NCBI GenBank assembly: GCA_964441045.1
Contig: CAYTXE010000001.1
Location: 6,011-70,010 of the forward strand
Origin: an uncultured Candidatus Brevefilum sp.
GTDB taxonomy: Bacteria > Chloroflexota > Anaerolineae > Anaerolineales > Anaerolineaceae
Length of the DNA stretch: 64,000 nt
Direction: 5' to 3'
In this document: positions 8,703 through 17,983 of the stretch, piece by piece
How the letters are laid out: the number at the start of each line of letters is the position of its first letter
How positions within the stretch are numbered: position 1 is the stretch's first letter
Translations under genes and position numbers: made by a program
The notes under the pieces: generated by a model
The model's database searches: none
Seen by the model: only the letters and a program-made list of their open reading frames with translations
Told to the model about the DNA's origin: nothing

Positions 8703-11528
8703 TCATAATTTTCGACGGTTGCGGGAGAAATGACGGCCGGCCGTCCTCATCCACCAAACCAATCCCACAATCCAGCCCAATAACAGCCCTACAATAATAA
8801 CTTCAATCACAAAAGACATTCCGGATTTCTCCATCCAAATCTTTGTCCCCTGAACACCTAAATTGAGATAAATGTAGGACAATAAACCCCCAATCATCGT
8901 GCACATCGAAGACCTCAGCCCCCAATGAAATGATCCCCACCAAAAATACCCGATCAAAAAAGCCAGTCCGCTGCCCAGGGTGATCACAATCACACCCAAT
9001 GCCCAATCCCCAAATGTGGGGAAGTCACTATGGAAAGGTGTAGGAGTAATCATCGGTGTTGGTATCCCTGTGGGGGTGGCTGAAGGTGTCTCTGTCGGTG
9101 TTGGGGTGATCAGCGGCGTTGGAGTATAAGCAATCACCGAAGTGCTGCCATCCGGTGAAATATTGATTTGCAGTATCTCAGACTGTATGGCAGGTTCACT
9201 CGTCGCACTGATCTGTAACCCGCCAGCGGCTTCCATCCGGTATGTGAAATAAGCCACCCCTGCTTTGGTAGTGGTTTCAAATTGCTGAGTGATCCCAGGC
9301 TCGCCAGATATAAGGAAATTAAAGCGGACGATCGTGCCATCCGGGACAACGTTTTGATTGTGATCAAAAATTTGTCCAGCGCGGATCATTAAAGTATCAC
9401 CAACTGTAAAACTCGGTATAGGCGTGGGTTCAGGAGTTTGGGTTACAGAAGAGGTTTCTTCCTCAGTCTCAATTTCTTCCTCCTCAGGAAGGACTAAAGA
9501 AAGTGGAATTATCTGGTTTGGATCCGGCGCCATCACCGAGATTAAGTCATAACCTACCGCATTTAGCGAAACAGGCAGAGCACCAGGTGGATCTAATTCT
9601 TTCATCAGCACGCGGGCAGCAATATCTAGCGATGAGGGTACCTTGCTGTACAGGGCATAGTAGGCAGTGACTTTAGAAATATTGGTCGCATCTAAATACG
9701 TCGGTGCTCCCATGGCAAAAACGATTACACGCTTGCCGGCCAGCAGGTCTGGTCTTTCAGACAGCACACGTTGAAGTGCTGTTGATTCAGGATATGCTGA
9801 ATCGAGGTCAAGTGTGTTAAAAACAACCCATTCAGCGGTATCCAAATTTGCTAGAATGGTTTCAATCGAATCCCCCTCCAGATTATCCAAAAAAGAAACC
9901 AGTTGTTTGAATGAATATGATGTAAGCCGATAATCCTGTATTTGACCACTAGCCTGGGGTCCATATAGATCAAGCAATTCAGAGGCTAAGGTATTGGCGC
10001 TGACAACGCTGAACGGGGGACACTCATCGCATTGATAGACCTGGCGAATATCTGTAAAAATCACAATGTCTTCATATGACAGTGGGGGGGATGGTAAAAC
10101 CGAGTCAATTTCTTGTCTTGAAGGATTAATCAATGTTACGGCACTTTGAGCAACTTCAAAGGCAACTTCCTGAGATTGCCCAACGGTTTCTAAAGCATCT
10201 GAGGATGGGATAATATTCTGAATATCAAAGTCATCATAAATCGCCGTCTTAGCTAGAAGAATACGAAGAACCGACGCGTCCACCCGTTTAGCAAAGGCAG
10301 AATCTTCTCGATATTTCTGCACAAAAAATTCCAGAGTAGACAGCAAAGTCGTATAAGCATCCGGATCTCCTGTGGTGATCAGATCATCAACATATAAAAC
10401 ATCATTGCCGGCCAGGAAAGCATTGAGCGCTACCTGCCGTGCATCAAAATTAGTCTCATTTGGATCAAAAAAACGGCGAATCGCACCGCTCCCAAGATCT
10501 TCACTGATCAGAAGTCCACCGGCGTCTCGCCATGCTGTAAATTGTTCCAAAGACATAATTTGCTGCAGTGCATTTGAATCAAAACTGATCGGTCGCGTTG
10601 TCGCACGAATATTCCCCTGGAATCCCTGATAACGGATGTGGGAGACCATCACAGCATCCACTCTACCGGCATCTCCATACTCCGGCATTGTCACAGTGAA
10701 ATAAGGTGCTAACTCAATCTGTTTAAGCTGCTCCAATGATTTTCGAACGGTAGCTACTTCCGATTCAGGAGACCGATCAGAATTACCCGTTCCAGGAAAA
10801 TTCTGAGCGACAACCAAGATCCGGTTTTCACTTCCAGTATGTATACCTTTGATAAATGACTTGCCAACCTCGCCTACCCAGAAAGGATCACCACCATAAG
10901 TGTTTACTCCCAGTGAGCTGGCAGCTTCATTGTTCGCTGTTTCAAGAACGTCAAGATTAGGACCCAGATACAGATTGATTCCCAAACTACTTAACTCTTG
11001 TCCCAAGACCTGCCCAACCTGGTCAGCCAGGTTAAGATCCCAACTCGCTCCGATGGCCATCTGTGAAGGCATTGAGGTTAAACCAGATAAAATCTGATCG
11101 CTGGGGAACCCATTGCCAAGTTGATTTATGCCAACCAATAATGGGACATAAGAAGATCGTCTTTCATTACTTCCTTCATTATTACCTTTCGCAGATGCGT
11201 TCCATTCAATAAGCTGGAGATCGATGATGGCTTCTTGTGTACGAGAGATGATATCCTCAGATGTGAAGTTATTATTCCCAGCAAGCAGAACCACACCCCC
11301 AATGTGATGTTCCACGATTAGATTGTAAATTTCTGATTCTTCCCCTACACTCGTCCCCTCAAATGTTACCAGGAACAACTGCCCAATCTTTTCTTCTGCG
11401 CTCATCGATTGAAGCAGCTCTTGAGCATCTGAATGATTGACGGCGCTAACTGGCTTGACGGTAAGACAAGTCAGTACAAGAACCGGGATGAGAAAAGCCT
11501 TCCAAAGTTGTCTACATAGCTTATCCAT
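8703..11528 (-). CDS. Glycoside hydrolase family 3 (NagZ/beta-hexosaminidase-like) fused to a Pro/Thr-rich linker and a C-terminal multi-TM domain
   Basis: 941 aa with an N-terminal signal/anchor. GH3 motifs are EEKIGQLFLV, GINLYLGPNLDV and AQNFPGTGNSD. The linker reads TPTPLITPTPTETPSATPTGIPTPMITPTP. The last ~130 aa contain about 4 hydrophobic helices. Confidence 0.8.
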   Translation of the reverse strand: MDKLCRQLWKAFLIPVLVLTCLTVKPVSAVNHSDAQELLQSMSAEEKIGQLFLVTFEGTSVGEESEIYNLIVEHHIGGVVLLAGNNNFTSEDIISRTQEAIIDLQLIEWNASAKGNNEGSNERRSSYVPLLVGINQLGNGFPSDQILSGLTSMPSQMAIGASWDLNLADQVGQVLGQELSSLGINLYLGPNLDVLETANNEAASSLGVNTYGGDPFWVGEVGKSFIKGIHTGSENRILVVAQNFPGTGNSDRSPESEVATVRKSLEQLKQIELAPYFTVTMPEYGDAGRVDAVMVSHIRYQGFQGNIRATTRPISFDSNALQQIMSLEQFTAWRDAGGLLISEDLGSGAIRRFFDPNETNFDARQVALNAFLAGNDVLYVDDLITTGDPDAYTTLLSTLEFFVQKYREDSAFAKRVDASVLRILLAKTAIYDDFDIQNIIPSSDALETVGQSQEVAFEVAQSAVTLINPSRQEIDSVLPSPPLSYEDIVIFTDIRQVYQCDECPPFSVVSANTLASELLDLYGPQASGQIQDYRLTSYSFKQLVSFLDNLEGDSIETILANLDTAEWVVFNTLDLDSAYPESTALQRVLSERPDLLAGKRVIVFAMGAPTYLDATNISKVTAYYALYSKVPSSLDIAARVLMKELDPPGALPVSLNAVGYDLISVMAPDPNQIIPLSLVLPEEEEIETEEETSSVTQTPEPTPIPSFTVGDTLMIRAGQIFDHNQNVVPDGTIVRFNFLISGEPGITQQFETTTKAGVAYFTYRMEAAGGLQISATSEPAIQSEILQINISPDGSTSVIAYTPTPLITPTPTETPSATPTGIPTPMITPTPFHSDFPTFGDWALGVIVITLGSGLAFLIGYFWWGSFHWGLRSSMCTMIGGLLSYIYLNLGVQGTKIWMEKSGMSFVIEVIIVGLLLGWIVGLVWWMRTAGRHFSRNRRKL

Positions 11529-12226
11529 CAGGACTCCAGGACTTCCCGTACTCGCTGAGGGAAATTAGTAATAATGCCATCGACATGCAGTTCAGCCAAC
11601 CGAATGATCTCTTCAGCGTCATCCGGCGTCCACACATTGACCTGTCGACCTTGTGCATGCATAGTTTCCACTAGTGGTTTGTCTACATCGCTGTAATGGG
11701 GATGGAGAGCGTTATATTTGAACAAACGCCACATCCAAAATTTGGCTTGATTAGGCTGTGTAAGCATTCCAATTTTTACATCAGGAAGCCGGTGGCGTAT
11801 ACGAGGGAAATTTAATGGGTTAAATGAGGAAATTAATACTGAGTCCTCAAGTCCAAAATGGTTAATCAGTTTTGCCACTTTTATGGGTAACGCGTCGAAG
11901 ATTGAGGCATAATTCTTCAATTCGATATTGATCAATAATTTCCCCCCGAAACGCTCTAATACTTCTTCTAGAGTTGGGATTCTTTCACCTTTACCCGCAT
12001 CCAGGGACCGGATCTGCTCAAGGGTCATCTCTCTAACTCGACCCGATCCATTTGTGGTGCGATCCACAGTATCGTCGTGGATAACAACAACTTGCCCATC
12101 CTCGGATAACATTGCATCCAGTTCAATTCCGTCCGCGTGTTGATCCAGAGCTAACTGAAAAGCAGCCATAGTGTTTTCAGGGGCGTGCTCGTTTGCGCCG
12201 CGATGAGCATATATTTTTGGCGTCAT
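11528..12226 (-). CDS. Glycerophosphodiester phosphodiesterase (GDPD family)
   Basis: Motifs YAHRGANEHAPENT and DGIELD. I prefer the start at MTPKIYAHRG (ATG 12226, preceded by GGGAGAAGAG). Its TGA stop overlaps the GH3 ATG by 1 nt (TGATG at 11526-11530). Confidence 0.85.
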   Translation of the reverse strand: MTPKIYAHRGANEHAPENTMAAFQLALDQHADGIELDAMLSEDGQVVVIHDDTVDRTTNGSGRVREMTLEQIRSLDAGKGERIPTLEEVLERFGGKLLINIELKNYASIFDALPIKVAKLINHFGLEDSVLISSFNPLNFPRIRHRLPDVKIGMLTQPNQAKFWMWRLFKYNALHPHYSDVDKPLVETMHAQGRQVNVWTPDDAEEIIRLAELHVDGIITNFPQRVREVLES

Positions 12227-12378
12227 TAGTTCTCTTCTCCCGTGCATCAATAATTATAGCACGCAGCGATAATGATTTCAGCCTGTCGTGTCATCATCAT
12301 ACTTCACACTAATTTTCCATCTTCGCGCAGTGCATTATAATAGAACAGATTTATTCACACAGAATTGGAGGGATGTTC

Positions 12379-13461
12379 ATGGTAGAGGCTGTTCGATATC
12401 GGTTTGAAGATTTGAAGAATTATGTGGTTCGCTTTTTTGGCGCCTTAGATGTCCCCAAAATTGATGCCCGGATCGCAGCTGATGTCCTGGTTTCCGCTGA
12501 TCTGAGAGGGGTCCATTCACACGGAGTGATCCGCTTACATAGTTACTATGGGGATCGTCTGCGTAAGCATCAAATTGACCCTGCTTCACCCATCAAAGTG
12601 CTCAAAGAAAGCCCTGCGACGCTGGCTTTGGATGGCGCTAACGGTCTCGGGCAGGTAGTTGCTTACCGGGCGATGTCCCGATGCATCAAACTTGCTGATC
12701 AGGCCGGGTTAGCAGTGACAACTGTCCGCAACAGCAATCATTTTGGAATCGCCGGCTATTATGCCATGATGGCTCTTCCTGAAGATATGATTGGGATCAG
12801 CCTGACGAATTCGGGTCCTCTGGTTGCTCCCACATTTGGCATTCGCCCAGCAGTGGGAACAAACCCGATTGCCGTGGCAATCCCTGCCGGAGATGAACGC
12901 CCCTATGTTCTGGATATGGCAACCAGCATTGTGCCTCTGGGACGAGTAGCCTATCGTCAGAAGGCTGGGCAAGCCATTCCAAAAGGTTGGGGGATTGACC
13001 GCGATGGCATTTTAACCACTAATCCTGCAGATGTGATCAATGGCGGTGCCTTATTGCCCCTCGGCGGCCCGGCTGAATTACGCGGGTATAAGGGGTATGG
13101 GCTATCTTTATTGGTAGACCTGCTCTCCGGAGTACTGGCTGGGGCTGCTTTTGGTAAGGATGTTGGCCGCCCTTCAGACAAAGTCGGTGCTAATATCGGT
13201 CATTTCTTTGCAGCGATCAAGATTGAGAACTTCCGACCAGTCAATTACTTCAAAGCGGATATGGATGAATATATCCGCTCGCTTAAGAACACACCTAAAC
13301 TTCCCGGCCAGAGCAGAATTTATATCCATGGTGAAAAAGAATTCGAGCAGGCAGAAAAAAATATAAGGTCGGGTGTCCCACTGATCCCCGAAGTTGTCAA
13401 TTCACTCAAACAAGCCGGCGAAAAGATTGGAGTGCCATTTGATCTCCACCAGGTTAGGTAA
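12379..13461 (+). CDS. Ldh_2 family malate/L-lactate/ureidoglycolate-type dehydrogenase
   Basis: About 360 aa with family-typical motifs VHSHGV and NSNHFGIAGYY. Two ATGs are possible (12373 and 12379). GGAGGG sits directly before the first, which favours the second. Confidence 0.75.
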   Translation: MVEAVRYRFEDLKNYVVRFFGALDVPKIDARIAADVLVSADLRGVHSHGVIRLHSYYGDRLRKHQIDPASPIKVLKESPATLALDGANGLGQVVAYRAMSRCIKLADQAGLAVTTVRNSNHFGIAGYYAMMALPEDMIGISLTNSGPLVAPTFGIRPAVGTNPIAVAIPAGDERPYVLDMATSIVPLGRVAYRQKAGQAIPKGWGIDRDGILTTNPADVINGGALLPLGGPAELRGYKGYGLSLLVDLLSGVLAGAAFGKDVGRPSDKVGANIGHFFAAIKIENFRPVNYFKADMDEYIRSLKNTPKLPGQSRIYIHGEKEFEQAEKNIRSGVPLIPEVVNSLKQAGEKIGVPFDLHQVR

Positions 13462-13666
13462 TAGTTGAGAAAGCTTTGATAAATAAGGCTGATGCCATCC
13501 TGGTTTGAAGAAACTTTAGTAAACCTCTGCTCGTTCCTTTGTCATATATTCAATCATCTGAAATCTGATTTCAGGATGTTAAGCTTCACTCAATGGGGGA
13601 TAGCTTCAGACTCCAACCCAATAGCATATACAAACCTTAAAAATTGATAAAAAACACATCTCTTAC

Positions 13667-13694
13667 TTGAAAAATCGAACATCTGTGCTATACT
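13667..13694 (+). promoter_or_regulatory. Sigma70-like promoter for the transglycosylase gene
   Basis: TTGAAA (13667-13672), a 16-nt spacer ending in TGC, then TATACT (13689-13694). It lies about 50 nt upstream of the ATG at 13745. Confidence 0.4.
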
Positions 13695-13744
13695 ATTGAT
13701 AGAGATTAGAACATATTTTCTATTTATTGAATGTTGAGGTCTTT

Positions 13745-14365
13745 ATGCGTAGAATTGTCGTTATTCCAGCTGTTTTCATAGGCTGCTTGGTTGTCATCTG
13801 GGTCGGTACGGTAGCTGCCGCGAATATGCCATCTCAAGAACTTATGGCCCCCACCTTCACAGCAGCAGCGGAGAAAGCCATAACTGATGCAGAAAATAAA
13901 AGCCAGGGAAACGCTGTAGTTATTCAAAGGGCTGTTGAAGACGAGATCAACTGCTCCCTCTCTGGTGCTTATCCCACAAAAATCCAACAATGGTGCATGC
14001 TGATCGAAACCGCCGCTCAGGAGACAGGGCTGCCTGCCAACCTGATCGCAGCTATCATGCTGCAAGAAAGCGGTGGAGATCCATTGATCACTTCCAGCAG
14101 CGGTGCGGTTGGATTGATGCAGGTAATGCCCCGGGATGGTATTGCTGTAGAATTTATGTGCATCAATGGCCCTTGTTTTGCCTCCCGTCCTACAATAGAA
14201 GAACTTCAGGACCCCTCTTTCAACGTGAGCTTTGGCAGCCAGCTGCTGGCTGGATTGCACGCCAAATATGGTTCCTATCGCGAGGCGCTTTATCATTACG
14301 GACCAATGGATATGGGATATTCCTATGCAGACCTGGTGCTGAGAATTTGGGAAAATTATTCGTAA
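13745..14365 (+). CDS. Lytic transglycosylase (SLT domain) protein, secreted or anchored
   Basis: It has an N-terminal hydrophobic segment. SLT motifs are AAIMLQESGGDP and GLMQVM. The ATG at 13745 is preceded by GAGG. Confidence 0.8.
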   Translation: MRRIVVIPAVFIGCLVVIWVGTVAAANMPSQELMAPTFTAAAEKAITDAENKSQGNAVVIQRAVEDEINCSLSGAYPTKIQQWCMLIETAAQETGLPANLIAAIMLQESGGDPLITSSSGAVGLMQVMPRDGIAVEFMCINGPCFASRPTIEELQDPSFNVSFGSQLLAGLHAKYGSYREALYHYGPMDMGYSYADLVLRIWENYS

Positions 14366-14591
14366 AACTGAAAACAGCTATCAGGGAATCTTTTCTTTCT
14401 CGATGGCTCTGCCAATTCACACAGACAGTCTTGCAATTCATCTAAATTATCGTATCTAGACTCGATCTTTCCCATCGGGGAGTTTATCAAAATTTCTTTC
14501 AGGATGTCCTTAGATTTTCCCTGAGCCCAGAGAAAATAATTCGATTTTCACACCAATAAACTCTCCAGCAAACAAACTTCAATCGTTTGGA

Positions 14592-15554
14592 TTAATTTCC
14601 TTCTTCAAGTAATTTTTGAGCTGTTTGTTGGTCTGTTATCAAAGTATTAATCACTTTGCCTTGAACAGCCCCCAATATCGCATGGTATTTTTCAGGACCG
14701 CCAGCTATGCCTACAACACGGGGGATCTTTTTTAGCACATCATAACTAATTCCAATAACGCGTCGATGAAATTCACTATCAATTTCTATGCCTTCGATAT
14801 CATAATAATGCAAACTTATATCCCCTACAGCGCCTTTGATCTGCAATATTTTCATTTCTTCCTTAGTGATGACTTCTTCATTACGCAAAAGAAAAGGATT
14901 GTTAATTGTCGCACCAATACCAACAAAAGCAATATCCGTCTTTCTTACCAGATCAAGGGCCTGGCGAATTTGACTATCTGCAAGCAACAACTTTGCGGAA
15001 TCAACAGAGCTAACTACTCCCGGTGCTGGCATCAAAGAAATTTTTGCCCCCAGAGCCATTGCCATTTTTGTCACCAGATCTGTTGCATGTGTGTTTGTGT
15101 TTGGGCTTCCTAGTCCACCGACCAATTGAACAACCAAACAGTTTGGTTTTTTTTCATTATCCAAGTGTTTAACCATTGAAGCCAATGCAGCCCCCCAGGT
15201 AAGACCTATAACATTACCATCCCGAACAACCCTGTGAAAATAATCAGCCGCTGCAATACCTAAAAATCTTGAAGCACTGTCATATGTTATTGGACAATTA
15301 ATATCAACAACGATCGCTTCCATAAGTCCATATTTTGATTGAAGAATCTGCATTAAATCAGATTGATCCCCTGGAATATTTGCGATCTCAATACGGATTA
15401 GCCCTTGGTTCATTGCTTCTTGCATTAGGCGCGACACCTTGGGTCTTGAAATACCTAAACGCTTCGAAATAACCGTTTGGGTCAAACCCTTTTCGTAATA
15501 CATTTTAGCGATTTTGACCATTAATATTTGTGAGTCGTTCATTTTTTTCACCAA
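14592..15554 (-). CDS. SorC/LsrR/DeoR(Bsu)-family sugar-binding transcriptional regulator
   Basis: 320 aa with the N-terminal HTH IAKMYYEKGLTQTVISKRLGISRPKVSRLM. The C-terminal sugar-phosphate-binding region has GAVGDI and GIAGGPEK, as in LsrR, CggR and SorC. Confidence 0.85.
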   Translation of the reverse strand: MVKKMNDSQILMVKIAKMYYEKGLTQTVISKRLGISRPKVSRLMQEAMNQGLIRIEIANIPGDQSDLMQILQSKYGLMEAIVVDINCPITYDSASRFLGIAAADYFHRVVRDGNVIGLTWGAALASMVKHLDNEKKPNCLVVQLVGGLGSPNTNTHATDLVTKMAMALGAKISLMPAPGVVSSVDSAKLLLADSQIRQALDLVRKTDIAFVGIGATINNPFLLRNEEVITKEEMKILQIKGAVGDISLHYYDIEGIEIDSEFHRRVIGISYDVLKKIPRVVGIAGGPEKYHAILGAVQGKVINTLITDQQTAQKLLEEGN

Positions 15555-15682
15555 TCACATTACTGATTCAATTTTAGATAACAACTGTACTTAAGCCTTA
15601 TAATGCTGAATACGTTGTCGATTCAATATTGCTTATTTCATCAAAAATCAGCTGTTTTGCATCCAGCTTTTAATTTATCCTT

Positions 15683-15976
15683 TCAACAATCAGCACTTAC
15701 CATTGATCCATCCAGGTAAACCTTAGTGTGCATTTGACCGCACAACCCAACACCGTAAATTTTCTTGAATTGTTCTGGGAATTCTCGGGCGAAATAATCG
15801 CGTACAATGAGCAAGCCATGCCTCCATTCATTAGGATCCTGCTCTGCATATGATACTTTTGGTGAAAGTATGGGATACTCATGTGATTTTAAAGCGACAA
15901 GGGTACCATCATCTCCAAATTGACTGACCTTCAGATTTGTTGTGCCTAAATCAATACTGATAAGAAATTTTGTCAT
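15683..15976 (-). pseudogene. FGGY-family carbohydrate kinase, N-terminal 97-aa stub (truncated)
   Basis: ISIDLGTTNLKV (phosphate-1 motif), AEQDPNEW and GLCGQMHT are the first ~20% of a xylulokinase/LsrK-type kinase of about 500 aa. The frame ends at 15683, and only 128 nt of non-coding DNA follow before the regulator gene. Confidence 0.75.
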
Positions 15977-16956
15977 GCTGCCTGCTTTTTTATGACCAGT
16001 TTCTCAAGAATGTGCTTAAAAACCATTACTAATATCAGAATGATGCCCCACAGTGCGATTGTCATGAAATTGCTAACACCTAACAAGTTCAATCCACTGG
16101 AAATCATTTGCATTATCACCAAAGATATGATTAAGCCCGACACTCTACCAAAACCCCCAACAGCACTTATACCACCTAAAACTGCTGCCAGCACCGTTTG
16201 TAAAAGATATGATTCGCCATAATCAGCCTTGGCTGAATTGAAACGGGAGATCATGATCATGGCGGCAACCCCTGAATAGATACCTGAAATGATATAGGTC
16301 TTGAAAAGGACTTTCTTGTTATTTACTCCAGAATATAAACATGCGGTTGGATTGGAACCTAACAAGTATATTCTGGTACCCAGAGGGGTGCGATTTAAGA
16401 TAACAGCCATGATCCCCGCGCACAGGAGAAAAATGAGCATTGGATTGGGAATGCCCAAAATTGATTTGTTCCCAATCGCTAATATCAGCTGAGGAAAACC
16501 CGAGATAACATACCCCTCTGTAATCACAACTGAAATCCCTTTAATCATGATCATTGTTCCCAATGTTGCAAGGATAGGTGAGATATCCACAACTGCAATT
16601 AGAAAGCCATTCAATATCCCAACGATCGCCCCTACACCTATTCCTGCAAAAATGGCGAATAAGGAAACCCAAATGCTGCCTGCAAGAGGACTTCCTGCTG
16701 GGAAAACTTTGGTCAGGATCAATGCCATCACGATCCCTGATAGGTTAGCTGTGGCAATAATTGAGAGATTAATACCTGAAGTCAACATGGCAATCATCAT
16801 CGCCAATGTTAATATCCCAAGTTCGGGTAACTGGAAAGACATAGACTTTAAATTACGAAGGCTTAAAAAGTCAACACCATTCATCAGCACCATCAAGATG
16901 GTGATGCCAACCATTGCTAAAATTAAGATTACAAAATAAGAGATTTTACGTAGCAC
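15973..16956 (-). CDS. Sugar ABC transporter permease (RbsC/LsrD-type)
   Basis: 327 aa, highly hydrophobic, about 9-10 helices. It overlaps the upstream permease by 11 nt and the kinase stub by 4 nt. Confidence 0.85.
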   Translation of the reverse strand: MLRKISYFVILILAMVGITILMVLMNGVDFLSLRNLKSMSFQLPELGILTLAMMIAMLTSGINLSIIATANLSGIVMALILTKVFPAGSPLAGSIWVSLFAIFAGIGVGAIVGILNGFLIAVVDISPILATLGTMIMIKGISVVITEGYVISGFPQLILAIGNKSILGIPNPMLIFLLCAGIMAVILNRTPLGTRIYLLGSNPTACLYSGVNNKKVLFKTYIISGIYSGVAAMIMISRFNSAKADYGESYLLQTVLAAVLGGISAVGGFGRVSGLIISLVIMQMISSGLNLLGVSNFMTIALWGIILILVMVFKHILEKLVIKKQAA

Positions 16957-17971
16957 TTTGTCCTCCAGCTGACGGTTGTTCCGTGATCACTTTCCGACGC
17001 GTAAAGATTTTTCGCCTATACGCACTGGCACCCGCACTGATGATAATCACCAAACCAATCACAACATCATACCAAACTGCAGGAACCCGCATAATGGTCA
17101 TCCCATTGCTTAATAAGGAAATCAGAGTAACACCTAGGATCATCCCCAATACTGAACCACTGCCGCCGGCCAAACTGGCACCTCCCAATACGACAGCAGC
17201 GATGACATCCATTTCCTTTCCCACAAGTGAGTTCGGAGCTACAGTTTGCACTAACAAAGCCTGAATAACACTGCCGATGCCAGCCATCAGCCCCATCCAT
17301 CCATACACAAACATCGTCAACCTAAAAAGGTTAAACCCTGCACGTTTTGCAGAAAGGGTATTCCCACCCATGGCATAGATTCCACGACCTAAAACCGTAT
17401 ATTTCAGGATGAACCAGCTGATTAGAATAAGCAGAATCCAGATTACTGTGACAATCGAAAGACCAAAAGGCAATCCTCCTTTAGTGTAAAAAGTAAACAC
17501 TCGTATTGTCGCAAAATCACCAAACCACACAGGAAATCCATACAACCATGTTCCATTTGTAATCACCATAAGGATTCCATAAAAAATATTTTGAGTAGCA
17601 ATTGTTGTTATAATGCTGGGCATCTTGAAATTATGAATGATCAAGGCATTTATCAAACCCAACGCAATTCCAATAACTGCTGCAATTAAGAAAACCAAGA
17701 ATATATTTAAATGATAGCCAATACGTAAAAGCAGGACTGCTATCGTATAGCCTGATACAGTGGCAATAGCAGTAAAAGAAATATCTATCCCCCCTGATAT
17801 GAGAACAAACAGCATTCCAATCGCAAATGTCCCCATCAATGAAACACTCTTCAGTAAATCGAATAAATTCTCAAGGGTCAGAAATGCAGGGTTGATTACT
17901 GAAACAACGGTAATAAAAACGATAATAGCCAAAAACACATAGGTCTCATGCCTGTACAATAATTTTTTCAT
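16946..17971 (-). CDS. Sugar ABC transporter permease (RbsC/LsrC-type)
   Basis: 341 aa and multi-TM. It lies in the same operon between the ATPase and the second permease. Confidence 0.85.
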   Translation of the reverse strand: MKKLLYRHETYVFLAIIVFITVVSVINPAFLTLENLFDLLKSVSLMGTFAIGMLFVLISGGIDISFTAIATVSGYTIAVLLLRIGYHLNIFLVFLIAAVIGIALGLINALIIHNFKMPSIITTIATQNIFYGILMVITNGTWLYGFPVWFGDFATIRVFTFYTKGGLPFGLSIVTVIWILLILISWFILKYTVLGRGIYAMGGNTLSAKRAGFNLFRLTMFVYGWMGLMAGIGSVIQALLVQTVAPNSLVGKEMDVIAAVVLGGASLAGGSGSVLGMILGVTLISLLSNGMTIMRVPAVWYDVVIGLVIIISAGASAYRRKIFTRRKVITEQPSAGGQSAT

Positions 17972-17983
17972 AGCGCATCTACT

